DNA of 64,000 nucleotides from Octopus sinensis (Eukaryota), in the NCBI RefSeq assembly GCF_006345805.1, contig NC_043016.1, forward strand, positions 18,290,001-18,354,000. The letters run 5' to 3'. Positions 11,454-24,799 of this stretch are shown here, piece by piece (the stretch's first letter is position 1; every line of letters begins with the position of its first letter). A program made the translations under genes and the position numbers. The notes under the pieces are model-generated. The model saw only the letters and a list, made by a program, of their open reading frames with translations. It had not been told where the DNA came from and did not search any database.

Positions 11454-13004
11454 AAATAGGGAAAATGAGGAGGATATATATTAATGAAATGACGACATGG
11501 AGGAAGGGAGTAAAGGAATAAGGATACGAAGAGAGGGAAGAAAAATAGCATAAAAGTTCATAGTTCAACTTTCCAAAGTTGTAGAAACAAGAGCATAAGC
11601 CCTTAGGTGCAATCCTGTGTAAATACACAGGATTGCGCCTAAGGAATTATACTCATGGATCACAGGGATGTGAGTTCAAATCTCATAGCTGGCCGCTGAC
11701 AAATTTTTCTGCAAAATAAGGGTAGTTTATCCTGTTCATGCTATATTATTAACATCACCTTGTGTTTGAGAATAAAATTATTTCCTTATCTTTCAATACA
11801 TCTCAATGCTTCTAAAGCAAACTTTGTTGACTTTCAACGTAAATTGAATTTAACACACACACACACACACATATATATACATATATGTATGTATAAAGAC
11901 GTGTATATATGTGTATGTATGCAGATATGTATATATGGAATCTATCTGAATGTATATGTATATGTGTATATATGAGTATATATATATATGTGTGTGTGTG
12001 TGTATGTATTATGTATATATGTAATGTGCATGAATATATATACATATGTGTGTGTGTGTGTGTATATGTATTATGTGTATATGTAATATGCGTGAATATA
12101 TATACATATGTGTGTGTGTGTGTGTGTGTATATGTATTATGTGTATATGTAATGTGCGTGAATATATATACATATGTGTGTGTGTGTCTATGTATATGCA
12201 CACACACACACACATGTATGTATGGCAAAATGAAAAGCCGAATATGACGGTACAATGTTATTGAATTGCTATGCTGCATCACAAAGAACTGGATGATTGC
12301 CAAGAAATAAAATCAAAAACAAAATATATATATAAAAAAAAAGTGTCCATCTGTAATGTTTTCTAAACCTTCACCATTATCATTCTCATTAGAGAAGCTG
12401 GGTACTTTTACAATGCTGTTATCAATCCATTGTTCACCTGATTGAGGTGGGAGAAGGTAATAAGGTAAGCAGGTGGGGAGAGGGGTTAACGGAGGTAGAA
12501 ATCTCATTTTAATTGGGGAATGGATTTTTAAATTAGTTTTTTTTTTTTTTTACTTGTTTGTTTGTTTGTTTGTTTGTTTGTTGTTGTTGGTATTCTTGCC
12601 ATTATTGTTCATGTTGTTTGTAATTACCTTTTCGTGCCTCTACCGGATTGGTTACATCTCTGTACAAACATACATCACTGGGCTGTTACCTTGGAAACTG
12701 TTTTGTTTACCGTGTTTTAATTTCTGCTGTTGTCTTTTTCCTTCCTTCACCTCAGCCATCATCACAGTTACTACAACAACAACAATAACAACAGCAATAA
12801 TGGTAGCAATAATATTCATACACATGCACGTGCTTGCAGATTCAACATATTCCACTGTTCTTCTCTCACCTGCAGTGATTGACCAATCTTTCTGTACCAC
12901 TCCCTTGTCTTCTTCAACATTTCATTATCTGCATATTGTTTATCCGATTAATGAGAAGAGCTAGAAGCTATGGGGTGGGGAGGAGAAGAAGCAACCAATG
13001 TTAT

Positions 13005-13680
13005 GGCCATGGGCACCATCACATCACCATCTCATCACCACCGTCTCATCACCACCATCTCATCACCATCGTTTCATCACCACCATCGTCTCATCACCAC
13101 AATCTCATCCCCACTGTCTCATCCCCACTGTCTCATCTTCACCGTCTCATCCCCACTGTCTCATCTTCACTGTCTCATTCCCACTGTCTCATCCCCACTG
13201 TCTCATCATGACTGTCTTATCCCCAGTCTCATCACGACCATCTCATCCCCAGTCTCATCACAACCGTCTCATCACGACCGTCTTATCACCACCATCACAT
13301 CAATGCCACCACCATGACCATCATCATTAGCAATGGCCATCTTAATCGTCTATCTTCCAGACGATGTAATCATCATCAACCGTATCCTCGCCATCATCAC
13401 CACCACCACCACCATCACTAAAAACAGCTTCATCATCATCACCATCATGGTCATGATAATGATGATGTCATCGTCAGCATTGTTGTCATCATCAACATTG
13501 TCATGATGATATTACCTTCGTCATGATCATTGTTATCATCATCAATCTTGTCATTGTCATCACCACCATCATCATCATCATTGTCAACGTCATTGTCTAA
13601 TTATTATTGCCATTATCATCATCATCATATCTACCACTGCCACTGCTGTCATCACCATCATGATCACTATAATTATCATC
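13005..13680. repeat. Degenerate (CAT/CAC)n array grading into a ~14-18 bp minisatellite (ccccactgtctcat)
   Basis: Direct inspection. Confidence 0.9.
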
Positions 13681-13683
13681 ATA

Positions 13684-14080
13684 GGTGCAGATGTACCTGT
13701 GTGGTAAGAAGCTTGCTTCTTAACCACAGGCTTTTAGGTTCAGTCCCACTGTGTGGCACCTTGGGCAATTATCTTCTACAATACCCTAGAGTTCACCGAA
13801 GACTTGTGAGTGGATTTGGTAAATAGAAACTGAAAGAAGACTGTTTTTGTATGGGTGTTTGATGTGTTTGTGTTTGTCCCCCACCACTTCTTGACAACCA
13901 GTGTTGGTGTGTTTACACCCCTGTAACTTAGTGGTTCGGCAAAAGAGACCAACAGATTAAGTACCAGGCTTGAAAAAGAAAAGAAATAAAATGTGCTGGT
14001 GTTGATTCCTTCGACTAAAATTTCTTTAAGTTGGTACCCCAGCATGGCCACAGTCTAATGACTGAACCAAGTAAACCGTG
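13684..14080 (+). mobile_element. SINE family A
   Basis: Head, CORE-like ccttgggcaa, tail cccagcatggccacagtctaatgactgaacc. Confidence 0.8.
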
Positions 14081-15587
14081 AAAAATAAAAGATCATCACC
14101 ATTATCTTCGTCAGCATTAGCATCACCATCAAGACTATTGTCGGCATTATCACATTTGCTGTTGTGACCCTCATCACTGTTATCTTCATCAGTGCCACAG
14201 ATATCGTCAACATAAAGTGAATACCTCCATGACCGATATCCAACTACAGTGGAAAAGGCTTGCCACTGGATTTAGTTTAAAACAGACGATGAGCAATGAC
14301 TAGAAGAATATTGAGCTTTATTTTGATAACCAGTTGATCTAGCGGCGTGCGTTCTTCTCTGATGACCCCATACACTTGCTGGCTTACGGTATGCGGAGTC
14401 TTGACTGCTAGCACTTGCATGTCCAAGTTGTCTGCAAAACAACATGGATAAAGTAGAATTACACTTTGGGGGTGGTGGGGGTGGAAAACAAAAACAGCAT
14501 CATGAAACTGGAATGTTTTTGATTTTAAGTTTGTTTGATCAACTGTGACCTGGGGAAAAATCAGGAACATGATGCTTTCAGGCATGCCATATGTTAAGCT
14601 CATCCATGTATGACATTTAAATTTTCTGTCGAAAACTTGTATTCAATATAAATTTTCTTGAAATCAAAGCATGAGCCTCAATGTGGTCTTGACCAGCTAG
14701 AAATAGCAACCAAATCACCCCCAAAATAACACCCAACTGATTTACTAATGTACGTATATGTGAGCCAGTAAGGGAATTGCTACATAGTAAGCTAGATCTG
14801 CTAGAAATAGTAGCCGAATTGCCTTCAAATCACGCCTTACTGTCTTGACATTTCGTTTGAGTCACACCCTACTTTGTGAAATGAAATAAAAATAGCAAAT
14901 TAAATAATGTTATCCATGATATATAAAAAGATGGGATGGTCACTACTGGAATGTCTTCAATCATAGGTGTACGTGTTTGGCGCCATACATCAACTATTTT
15001 TTATATCCTTGTTAAAGAGAAAATTCAAAAAAACCTTTTCCTCCTGTCTGCTTCATTGCTTTCTTTCTTTCGTTCTTTCTTTCTGTCTTCCTCTTATTCC
15101 TTTTTCTTATATTTTTTCCTTCTTTCCTTTTCTCTTTACAGTCTGACCTTTTACTTTTGTGACTAAGTTTTTCTTGCTTTTTTTGTCTTGTCTTATCTTT
15201 CCCCCACCTCTTCTTCCGTCTTTCTTTATCTTTTTACTTTGCTTTCATAATACAACACACACTTGAATACTCATTAATTGGACACCAGCTAAAGAAATAA
15301 AAGGCGGTGCTCCAGCATGGCCACAGTCAAACTGACTGAAACTAGTAAAAAGAATAAAAGGTGCAGGCATGTTTATGTGATTTAGGTAGGTGTTAGTACC
15401 TAGTGAATGAATTTGGTAGACGGAAACAGTTCAGAACTCCTAAGTATGTGTGTGTGTGTGTGTGTGCACCTGTTGAACTGTTAATCCCTACAGTTCTATA
15501 TTTAAGAAATGAGGAATTATGTACATTATTTACATTGTTTACATTATTTATATTTGACAGATACTTGTCCTCATCTTGTTTGTTGTT

Positions 15588-15633
15588 AACACAACGTTTC
15601 GGCTGACATGCCCTCCAGCCTTCATCAGGTGAC
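15588..15633 (-). ncRNA. Minimal type I hammerhead ribozyme (family H2), core intact
   Basis: GTCAC-CTGATGA-A-[GGCTG gagggcatgt CAGCC]-GAA-ACGT-T-GTGTT; palindromic stem III (ACGT); one stem I mismatch. Confidence 0.65.
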
Positions 15634-15784
15634 TTGGGCATATGGCATAGTGGTTAAGAGCACAGGTTACTAACCCCAAGATTACAAATTCGATTCCAGG
15701 CAGTGACCTGAAAAAAAAAATAATAATAATAATAATATCGAAAAATACCTTAGGAATGAGAACCCAGGTTCAAAATTTCCCCAA

Positions 15785-15830
15785 GACACCTGAGGAAGGC
15801 TGGAGAGTATATCAGCCAAAACGTTGTGTT
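15785..15830 (+). ncRNA. Hammerhead H2 copy with G12A core substitution (predicted inactive)
   Basis: GACAC-CTGAGGA-A-GGCTG...CAGCC-AAA-ACGT-T-GTGTT. Confidence 0.55.
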
Positions 15831-16154
15831 GACAACAAACATGATGAATACAAATATCTGTCAAATGTAAATAATGTAAATAATGTGTTAATCCCTACAC
15901 ATTTTTTCTCTCTTCATTTTTTTTATCCATTCTCTCTCATTTTTTTCCCCTCTACCTACCAGATATAAAACATAAATACTGGGATGAGTATATCTGACTA
16001 AACCCTTGAAGGTGGGTCCCACCAGTTTGGAGGCCCCCATGAAAGGTTTATAAGCACTTCTGTTCCTACTTTGATCAATCCATTTAGAAATAAATGTGAA
16101 TATATGTATTTTTGGAATGTGCTGATACACTGTGAAATGAAGAAATTAAAAAGG

Positions 16155-16185
<31 letters not shown>

Positions 16186-16279
16186 TATATATACATGTGT
16201 ATATATGTGTGTGTGTGTGTGTGTATATATATATCCTTTTTAATTTCTTCATTTCACAGTGTATCAGCACAGTGTATAC

Positions 16280-16323
<44 letters not shown>

Positions 16324-18875
16324 TTAACCGCACCAGTCATTTCACTGTGGCCATGCTAGGGCACTTCCTTAAATAAATTGGCTCCAGTACATATTTTGTT
16401 TCCTTTTAAGTCAGGTGCTTATTCTATTAGTCTCTTTCTGTCAAACTGCTAAGTTAAGGAGTTGTAAACAAATCAACACTGGATATCAAACTGTGATGGA
16501 GGACACACACACATACACAAATACACAGTGAGCTTCTTTCAATTACTGTCTACCATATCCACTTACAAGGCTTTTGTTGAACTGGAGCTATTGCATATTT
16601 GCCCAAGGTGCCACACAGTGGGACTGAACCTGAAACCATGTGGTTTGGAATCCAACTTCTTACCACCCAGTCATGTCTGTTGAAGCTCTGTTGCCTCTTC
16701 AATGTCGAGAACAACAAAAGCAAAAACAACTATTATCAATTTCTGTTGGGTTTGTGTATAACAATGCACATTGTGTATGCACTGATTTTGGTTTCACATT
16801 TAGCCATACACTGTATGCATCACGTACTAAAAGAAGCGGTCTTTTTGGAATGAAATATAAGGGAATTGATAAATATTTGAAAAGCAACTAATTGATTTAA
16901 ACGAACCTGAAGAAAAATGTTGCCTGTAGGGTGGGGAAATTACGGAATCAGTTGGAGGCTTTTGCAAAAGACCTTGTGGTACTTAGTTACTCCCCTTTAT
17001 GTTTTGAGTTCAAATCCTGCCTTCATCAATTTTGCCTTTCATCTTTCTGAAGTCAATAAAAATAACCAACAACAGTCAAGTACTGGGGTCGATTTAATCA
17101 ATCATAATTCTTGATGGTGATGCTCCAGTATGGCCACAGTCCAATAAATGAAACTGGCTACAGAATAAAAGAATGGCAATGAACAAAAAGAAACCACCCA
17201 AAACACAAAAAAAAAAAAAATAAGAAACACCTGTTTCATCTCTTGGGATTCATAATAGAAAACGCACACCATCCCTCAACCGCTCCTAAAGTGAAATATT
17301 TCTGAAGGTGATGGCCAGAGTTATACAACACTTTAGTGATAGCTTAAATAATGCTTCGTTTATGAAAGGCTATTATTTATTTAATATATTTTATTGATTG
17401 GGACAAGCTCTTGGCAGTCTGAATTGGCTGTCCAGTTTTAATTGTTCATTTGATGAAGATATGTCATATTACTCTGTTAAGACCACCAAGAATGGCATGA
17501 ATAAATAACGGCCAGTCCGTTCCCAGTTTTCTACTTCAGTTTTAGTTATTATTTTATTTATAAATAAGCTGCACAATTCATTAGCCTGTGTAAAAGACCA
17601 TCATTTATATTCATCTTACTTGGAATTCTTTTCCCATTTGTTTTTTATTATTATTCTTATTAGATGTGTACCTTCTCTTGGGAGGTATTTGTCTTTCATA
17701 CATTCAATGCTCACTTCAACATTTGGCAATAGTGTTAAACAGTTTAATTATGGATCTTTATTTTAAACCCTTTTGTAATCATGTTTCTATTGAAATACAT
17801 TCTTTGTTTTGGAAAGCATTTTGTAAACAAGGAAGAATTTAGTGAAATAACTTTGCTGGTTATTAAACTAGTGTTTAGAACTACGAATTAACCTGAAATT
17901 AAGGTTTTAATTTAGATAACTTTAACCCATTGCTACCATATTTCCATTGAAATATATTCCCTTTATTTGAATTACTTCTTAAAATGAAATTAAGCCAGTG
18001 TTTGGAGCATAAATTATAATTTTGATTTAGTTCATTTTAACACTTTTGTTACCATATTTCTGATGAACTATACTCCTTTTATTTGAACATACTCCTTTTG
18101 TTTGAATTACTTTTGAAAATAGTGAAATATTTAGTAAAATAACTTTGACATTATTAAACCAGTGTTTGGAACATAGATTAACAAGAAATTTTGGTATAAG
18201 GTTTTTATATAGATCACTTTAGAACATAAAGTTTATATCAAAGAAGCAATGGTGTCTAATATAGAAGGACAGTACAGGACAATACAAAACATTAATAAAG
18301 AAATACTCAGCGAGTTTTTTTCAGTTCGTTTTTTTTTTACACAAAAATATATCAAGTTAAAAATAGATGATTTATATGATTTAAGAATCTAGATTCCCTT
18401 ACATTTTTTCCAATGTTGCGTAATGATCTTTTTTTTTCCTCATGGTAGATTAAGTAGGGACATTCACTCCCAACTTCCTTACCAAATCCTTCCATTTTTT
18501 CTCATACATACTTTTAGACAGCTGTGTCCTCTCCAGCCCTATATTGCTTTTCAGGTGATACCTGAAGTAGTAAAGCATTCCAGGGCCGGAGTGGGGAGTT
18601 TCAGGTTGGTTTGTATCAAAAGGGGAAACAATCCACTGACTAATCTGGAATCATTTCTGTTCATTTATATTGACCAGAAAATTATTAATATCACAATGCC
18701 CTTTTCTTGAATGATGTTAATCTATGAGAGCAAAAATAAATATTCCTATTCTGTGTCACTTATAGTCAAATATAAAATTAATTTTTCCTTGCTTGCAGGA
18801 AGTGCAGTGAGGTGATATAGTTTAAAACCATCTTCTCTCTTCACAGTTCCTGAGAGGGTCATGGGGGCAGAATTG

Positions 18876-19260
18876 TCAGTCACCTCTATAGGTCCTGTGA
18901 AAAGCAACCATTGTTGGATTTTCTGATTGAATTCCTAACAATGAGCAACTTAGACTTAGGCTGTTATCCAACCATCTCGTTCTTGGTTGACCCCCAGGTC
19001 TCCTGGTTGGCTTGGCATGAAGAATCTGACCTGTGATTCTTTCTTGTGACATTTTAAAAAAGTTTTTGAAGTTCCTGAGCTGTGACCCCTCAATGTGAAG
19101 AAGTAACGACTTGACCTGGAGAGACTCCTTGACCTCCAAAAAGTGTATCCTGTTGAGTAATGTCATTCCAGAGATTCTTTGGAGGAATCCTTTTAGTGAT
19201 GCTTATAATTGCAATTTTACTCCTTTGATTATTACGCAACATCCATGACCATCGCTGAGT
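18876..19260 (-). pseudogene. RTE-clade LINE 3' ORF remnant
   Basis: SLLLHIEGSQLR...MSQERITGQILHAKPTRRPGGQPRTRWLD resembles the RTE C-terminus (RSQLRW.GH..RM...RP.GRPRTRW.D). Confidence 0.7.
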
Positions 19261-19584
19261 AAAGGTTCGGATACTGTACTGAAGATCTCAAGTGTATATG
19301 AAATTTCAATAAATAGCCATGCCACATAACTTGGCATTTCAGCTTTAGAAATAAAATACCTTATTTATATGCAATGAATAGGGATTTTAATGATTCATAC
19401 ACTACCAGACGCTAAAAACTCATATCAAAAATTGAAGAAAGTAAAGAAAATTAAGTGTTTTGATATCAACCAGTATAGTTCTGTGATAAAAATTTTTTTG
19501 GTTTTTGTTTGTATATACATCAAAACCTTCAACAACAACAACAACAATGAAGAAGTACATGAGGGACTGCCTGTATTCAATACT

Positions 19585-19940
19585 CTTTCTCTTTTCTCTC
19601 TCTTTTACTTGTTTCAGTCATTTGACTGCGGCCATGCTGGAGCACCGCCTTTTAGTCGAGCAAATTGATCCCGGATTTTTCTTTATAAGCCCAGTACTTA
19701 TTCTATCGGTCTATTTTACCGAACCGCTAAGTGACGGGGACGTAAACACACCAACATCGGTTGTCAAGTAATGCTAGGGGGACAAACACAGACACACAAA
19801 CACACACACACATACATATATACACATATATATATATATATACACATATACGACAGGCTTCTTTCAGTTTCCGTCTACCAAATCCACTCACAAGGCATTG
19901 GTTGGCCCGGGGCTATAGCAGAAGACACTTGCCCAAGATG
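19585..19940 (-). mobile_element. SINE family A, 5'-truncated
   Basis: Tail and body identical in layout to 1826-2291. Confidence 0.85.
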
Positions 19941-20674
19941 CCAATATGTTCTTTCTCTTGTAAAGCAATGCAGTATGGTGTTTGAGGAGAATTCGGTGGC
20001 TACTTCTTGTAGTTCAGTCAACCACAGAGAAGCTCCTTCACTGATAAGAAACCAGCCTTCTTGTTGTTGTTGTTGTTGTTGTCATTTGTTTTTGTTTTTA
20101 CCTCCATATTCGGCAGACATTATTAAAGATGTTCAAGCTGTAATGTTCCTTATTTTACTTTCTATATCAAGGACACTACTACACTGTCCAGTCTATCTGC
20201 CTGTATTTAACATGGCAGAATGTGGCTTGCATTTGTTTTAGCTGCTATTTCTAATTAGTCAAGCCTCCATAGAAGCTCTTTTGACAAATCAATATCAATA
20301 TTATATTAGTAGATGAAAGTTCAAGTGGATGGATAAAGAGACACTTGAGTAGAAGTGAAGTTGCTCTTCACTTTGATTAGAATTAGCTTAGTGAAGAGAT
20401 TAGATTAAGTAACATGCCACCTGTATTAGAATGTTAGTTTTGGGGGATTTCATGGTGGATTGTTATTGTTGGGTGAGAAAAAAAGACAGAAAAGGAATTG
20501 GTTTATAAATATACTTGCCTAGCATCTTTATATTTGGGTAATGAAGCATTTTCACTAACCTCCTTTGTGTGATGCAGCGACTATTGTAATATAAGTTTTC
20601 AAGAGCATGAATACAGAATGTGGTTCTGTGATTATGAATCTTTATTTGCAACACCAAACGATCAAGAAAGCTTC

Positions 20675-21093
20675 TTATTTCTTTATTGCCCACAAGGGGC
20701 TAAACATAGAGGGGTACAAACAAGGACAGACAAAGAGATTAAGTCGATTAGATCGACCCCAGTTCGCAACTGATACTTAATTTATTGACCCCGAAAGGAT
20801 GAAAGGTAAAGTTGACCTCGGCGGAATTTGAACTCAGAATGTAGCGACAGAAGAAATACTTATTCTTTACTACCCACAAGAGGCTAATCACAGAGGAGAC
20901 AAACAAGGACAGACAGATGGATTAAGTCGATTATTTCGACCCCAGTGCGTAATTGGTACTTAATTTATCGACCCCTGAAAGGATGAAAGGCAAAGTCAAC
21001 CTTGGCGGAATTTGAACTCAGAACGTAACGACAGACGAAATACTGCTAAGCATTTTGTCCGGCGTGCTAACGTTTCCGCCAGCTCGCCGCTTT
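20675..21093 (-). mobile_element. SINE family B (Meta-like central domain), tandem dimer in one TSD
   Basis: Core gcctttcatcctttcggggtcgataaattaagtacc twice; ~17-bp TSD acg(a/g)tcaagaaagcttc at 20658 and 21094. Confidence 0.85.
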
Positions 21094-21544
21094 ACGGTCA
21101 AGAAAGCTTCAGCCATAACCTTGGGTTGAACAATACCCTGTGAATAGAATCTTGTTGAAGCCTGTTGTGTGTGTGTGTGTGTGTGACTTTCTTATTTGGT
21201 ACTCAACCTTTTTAATACCAACCTGCCTCAGTCTGCCTGGTGTTCAATGTTTCAACCGTCTTATTTTTAAGTGATCAAATTTAAAATCTTCCATCAATGA
21301 TACAAACTTAAAGCCTTACATCAGAGTTTATGTAAGTTTAAGTTCCAAACACCAGCTAAAGGATAACAAAGATGGTGCATATTAGTAAGGAGCCAGCTGT
21401 TGTTATGGATGTAAAGAGCAAAATATGTATGAAAACATAACAGAAGATAAACAATATCAATGATATTTCAAATATTCATTTCTTACATATACAGAGAATG
21501 TGTGCTGTCTGGTTGTCCAATTCTATCGGCCTACAAAGAGATCT

Positions 21545-21985
21545 ATTTCTGTAATAGTATTGTTCTACCAATTGTTCTCTATGCTAGCAAGATATGGAAG
21601 AGCTCTGTGAAAATAGAAAGAAAGCGTGATGTGTTCCACCAAAGATGTTTGAGAAGGATACTGGCAAGACCACATAACCATTGAAGATATTCTAAAGAGA
21701 ACTAACAGAAGGCCACTCAGTAAAGTTTATCGCAGAACAGTGACTAAGATTAGCGGGTCGAATATTTTGGTTACTAGAACAATGTCATCCTAAAACAGCC
21801 TCCAAATGGTCACCGCTGGAAAGGGAAAAGGCGACACGAAAGACTAAGAACTATGTGGTTAGGAACACTCATAACTGACTTGAGAAAGACCACCTTTACA
21901 TAGGCAGTTGCAGAGAAAACCACAACCAACAGAAACCAATGGAATCAACTTGCTGCCTGATATACCTGAGAACACAAGAGGAAGT
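21545..21985 (+). pseudogene. RTE/RTEX-type LINE 3' remnant
   Basis: SIVLPIVLYASKIWK...DVFHQRCLRRIL followed by decayed RL.G/KW.P.G.R motifs. Confidence 0.7.
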
Positions 21986-23246
21986 GATACTGAATGTAAC
22001 ACACACTCACATTCATTCAATCACTAGTGATATATGTGGGATATAGAAGTGTGATAGAAAGATAGAAGCAGGTGTCTTGTTGAAGGTAAATAAAAGGCTT
22101 CCTCATCTGGAAAGAGAAAGAGATGTCGAAGTACGAGGGAAATATGAGAGAGAGAGAGGAGGGACAGAGGAATAGAAAAAGTGGATGGGAGGGTAAGTAC
22201 ACTACAGAGAAAAGAGTGTGACAAATGATCAGTGACAGAGGTGGTTGTATGCAGAGATTATCGATTTTGGATCTGAGTCATTGAGTCTCAAGTAGAGTTC
22301 ATCTGACCCTTAGGGATCCAGCTAAGATTTTATTGTTAAAATTTATCGACAATAAATTGGTTATACCTTCTACCATGCACAAAATATTTGAATTTTTTTA
22401 GCCAGTTTTTAACAATATTTAATGGTAAAAATATAATTAGATGATTTTTTTTTTTTTGAAACATTGAGTGGTTATGGAAGTTCACCTGAGTAAAATAGGG
22501 ATCAAAAGGGCCTCTAGATAAAAGATGGTGGAGAACTTCTGATCTAAGAAATCATTATTATAGTCTTTTTCATATCATTATGTTGTATCATTTTTGCATT
22601 TCTTTAAACTCAAAATTGGCAATTGCTACAACTTCATCTTCTAAATATGGCAATTCCCTGGGAATATTGCTATATTTTTTTCATATTTCATTTCCTTTTT
22701 CTCCATTTTTCTTTAAAAAAATCTGTTATCTTTTAAAAGCCAAAAAAATTGTTTTTATTTGTATTACTTGATATGAATGTTGTTTCATAATTTAGACATT
22801 TTATCTGATAGAAATTATGAAGGTGGAAAAAAATAATTGTAATAAGTAAAAATCAAGAACATTCTCTAAAACAGGTGTGATGAATGATAAGTTTAAATAG
22901 ATTCAGAGTGGCTACTTCATGGTTTCTCTCTGCTTGAAAATCTTATGGAAGAAGAAAAAGAAAATTGATTTTTAGTATCTACATATTTGATTGTGGTTAA
23001 GAATTTTTATTTGTGACTGTGTAGGTTTGGGTTCAGTCTAATTGCATGGCACCCTGTTCATGTTTCTTGACTCCTAATTATAACCTTTAGGTGGTTGATG
23101 CTATTGAAGTAAAATTTACTGAAGCTATTGCATGTGTGTGTATGAATTTATATATGTGTGTATATGTATGACCGGGTGTCATTGCCGAGTCGGATGTCTC
23201 GCAGGTATATACGAACTTGTATATTTGAATGTATTTATACATGTTA

Positions 23247-23312
<66 letters not shown>

Positions 23313-23884
23313 ATTAATATTAAATATAAGGATAAAAATCTAAGAATTTATTAAGTAGTCAGCATGTAAAACTAGTTATGGGAAAAATTTATACAAAATA
23401 TATAATTAATTTATTCCTTTTTAAATACATTTATTATATCAAGGGCATTACTACACATAACTGCCTTAACACTATAAGGGACTATTAAAGTCAAAATTAC
23501 CTTAATACAGTGAGGGAATGCAACCTGAAAGTCATGTCTTAAAAACAGATTCAACCACAAATTATATCATTTCATAGCTAGTGTATGTAATCCACTTTCT
23601 AATCACTGTCGGTACTAATCGCCGTACATTTATTAAGATAGTTTTTGACTTTAAGAGTCCTTTATAGCATGAGACATTTACATGTTGTAATGACCTTAAT
23701 ATAATTAATATATATATATGGTAAGTAGTTTGATTGCCAACTATGTGGTTTCAGGTTCAATCACATACACAAACAGGTACACCTGCACCTATATTTATAT
23801 TTTATTATGCAATATCTTATTCCAAATACTCTTCTTAATCTGGCATTTTCTGATGTTCTTAATTTTAAAAAATTTTCATTCCAG

Positions 23885-24028
23885 ATATTGTGATGACTGC
23901 CAGTCGTCATGAAGACTGTTCAATGATCCGACTTGAGAGGAAATGTCAGAGTGAGATAGACAACAGCCAAATACATTTCATTGGCGGTGGACCATATAAA
24001 GGGATTCTGGTCAACAAAATGGCACCCA
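23885..24028 (+). CDS. Candidate internal exon encoding the N-terminal half of a PDZ-like domain
   Basis: Acceptor aattttcattccag, donor CCA|gtaagt, 144 nt, phase 1-1, open frame (D)IVMTASRHEDCSMIRLERKCQSEIDNSQIHFIGGGPYKGILVNKMAP; unique sequence. PDZ assignment is by eye. Confidence 0.6.
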
Positions 24029-24298
24029 GTAAGTATCGATGCCTTTGGCTTCTTTATTGCGTTGTTTTTGTCACTGTCATTGATATTATTGCCGCTGCTA
24101 ACACCATTGCATAAACTTTAAGCCAAGCTTTGTTGAGCAAAACCTGGCTCTGATTCTCTTTTGGTTTTGTTTGATATATTCAGGACTGTGTGACATTTTG
24201 CTTATGTGAGACTGTGAGACATAAACAAATGCACCTGCTGCCCAAATGGTGTGAATGTAAAGAGACCCATGGAAGCAAACAAACACAATTCTATGTGT

Positions 24299-24740
24299 AT
24301 CATCATCATCGTTTAACGTCCGTTTTCTGTGCTAGCATGGGTTGGATGGTTCGACCGGGGTCTGGGAAGCCAGAAGGCTGCACCAGGCTCCAGTCTGGCC
24401 TGGCAGTATTTCTACAGCTGGATGCCCTTCCTAACGTCAACCACTCTGTGAGTGTGGTGGGTACTTTTTACGTGCCACTGGCACAGGTGCCAGACGAGGC
24501 TGGCAACGGCCACGATCGGTTGGTGCTTTTTACATGCCACCAGCCCGGAAGCCAGTCAAGGTGGTGCTGGCATCAGCCACATTCGGATGGTGCTTTTTAT
24601 GTGGCACCAGCACAGGGATCACAACTACAATTTCCATTGATTTTTGATGTTGATGTACTTGACTCAATAGGTCTCCTCAAGCGCAGGGTCGAAACAGTGT
24701 TTCTTTACTTGCCACCTGCACAGGAGTCAGTCCAGCGGCA
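24299..24740 (-). mobile_element. (ATG)n-tailed retroposon
   Basis: catcatcatcgtttaacgtccgttttc..., ggatgcccttcctaacg. Confidence 0.8.
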
Positions 24741-24799
24741 CTATATGTATGTATGATGTTTGTGTATGTGCCAGATAAACACATGCAGCCTGCTCTATA

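Larger units (their letters stand above)
15493..15885 (+). mobile_element. Penelope-type tRNA-promoter/hammerhead element with inverted tail copy at its 5' end
   Basis: Inverted tail ~15493-15638 joined at ggg to direct copy (A-box tggcatagtgg, (taa)n, hammerhead, (aataatgta)n tail); 14-bp TSD tgttaatccctaca at 15479-15492 and 15886-15899. Confidence 0.75.
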
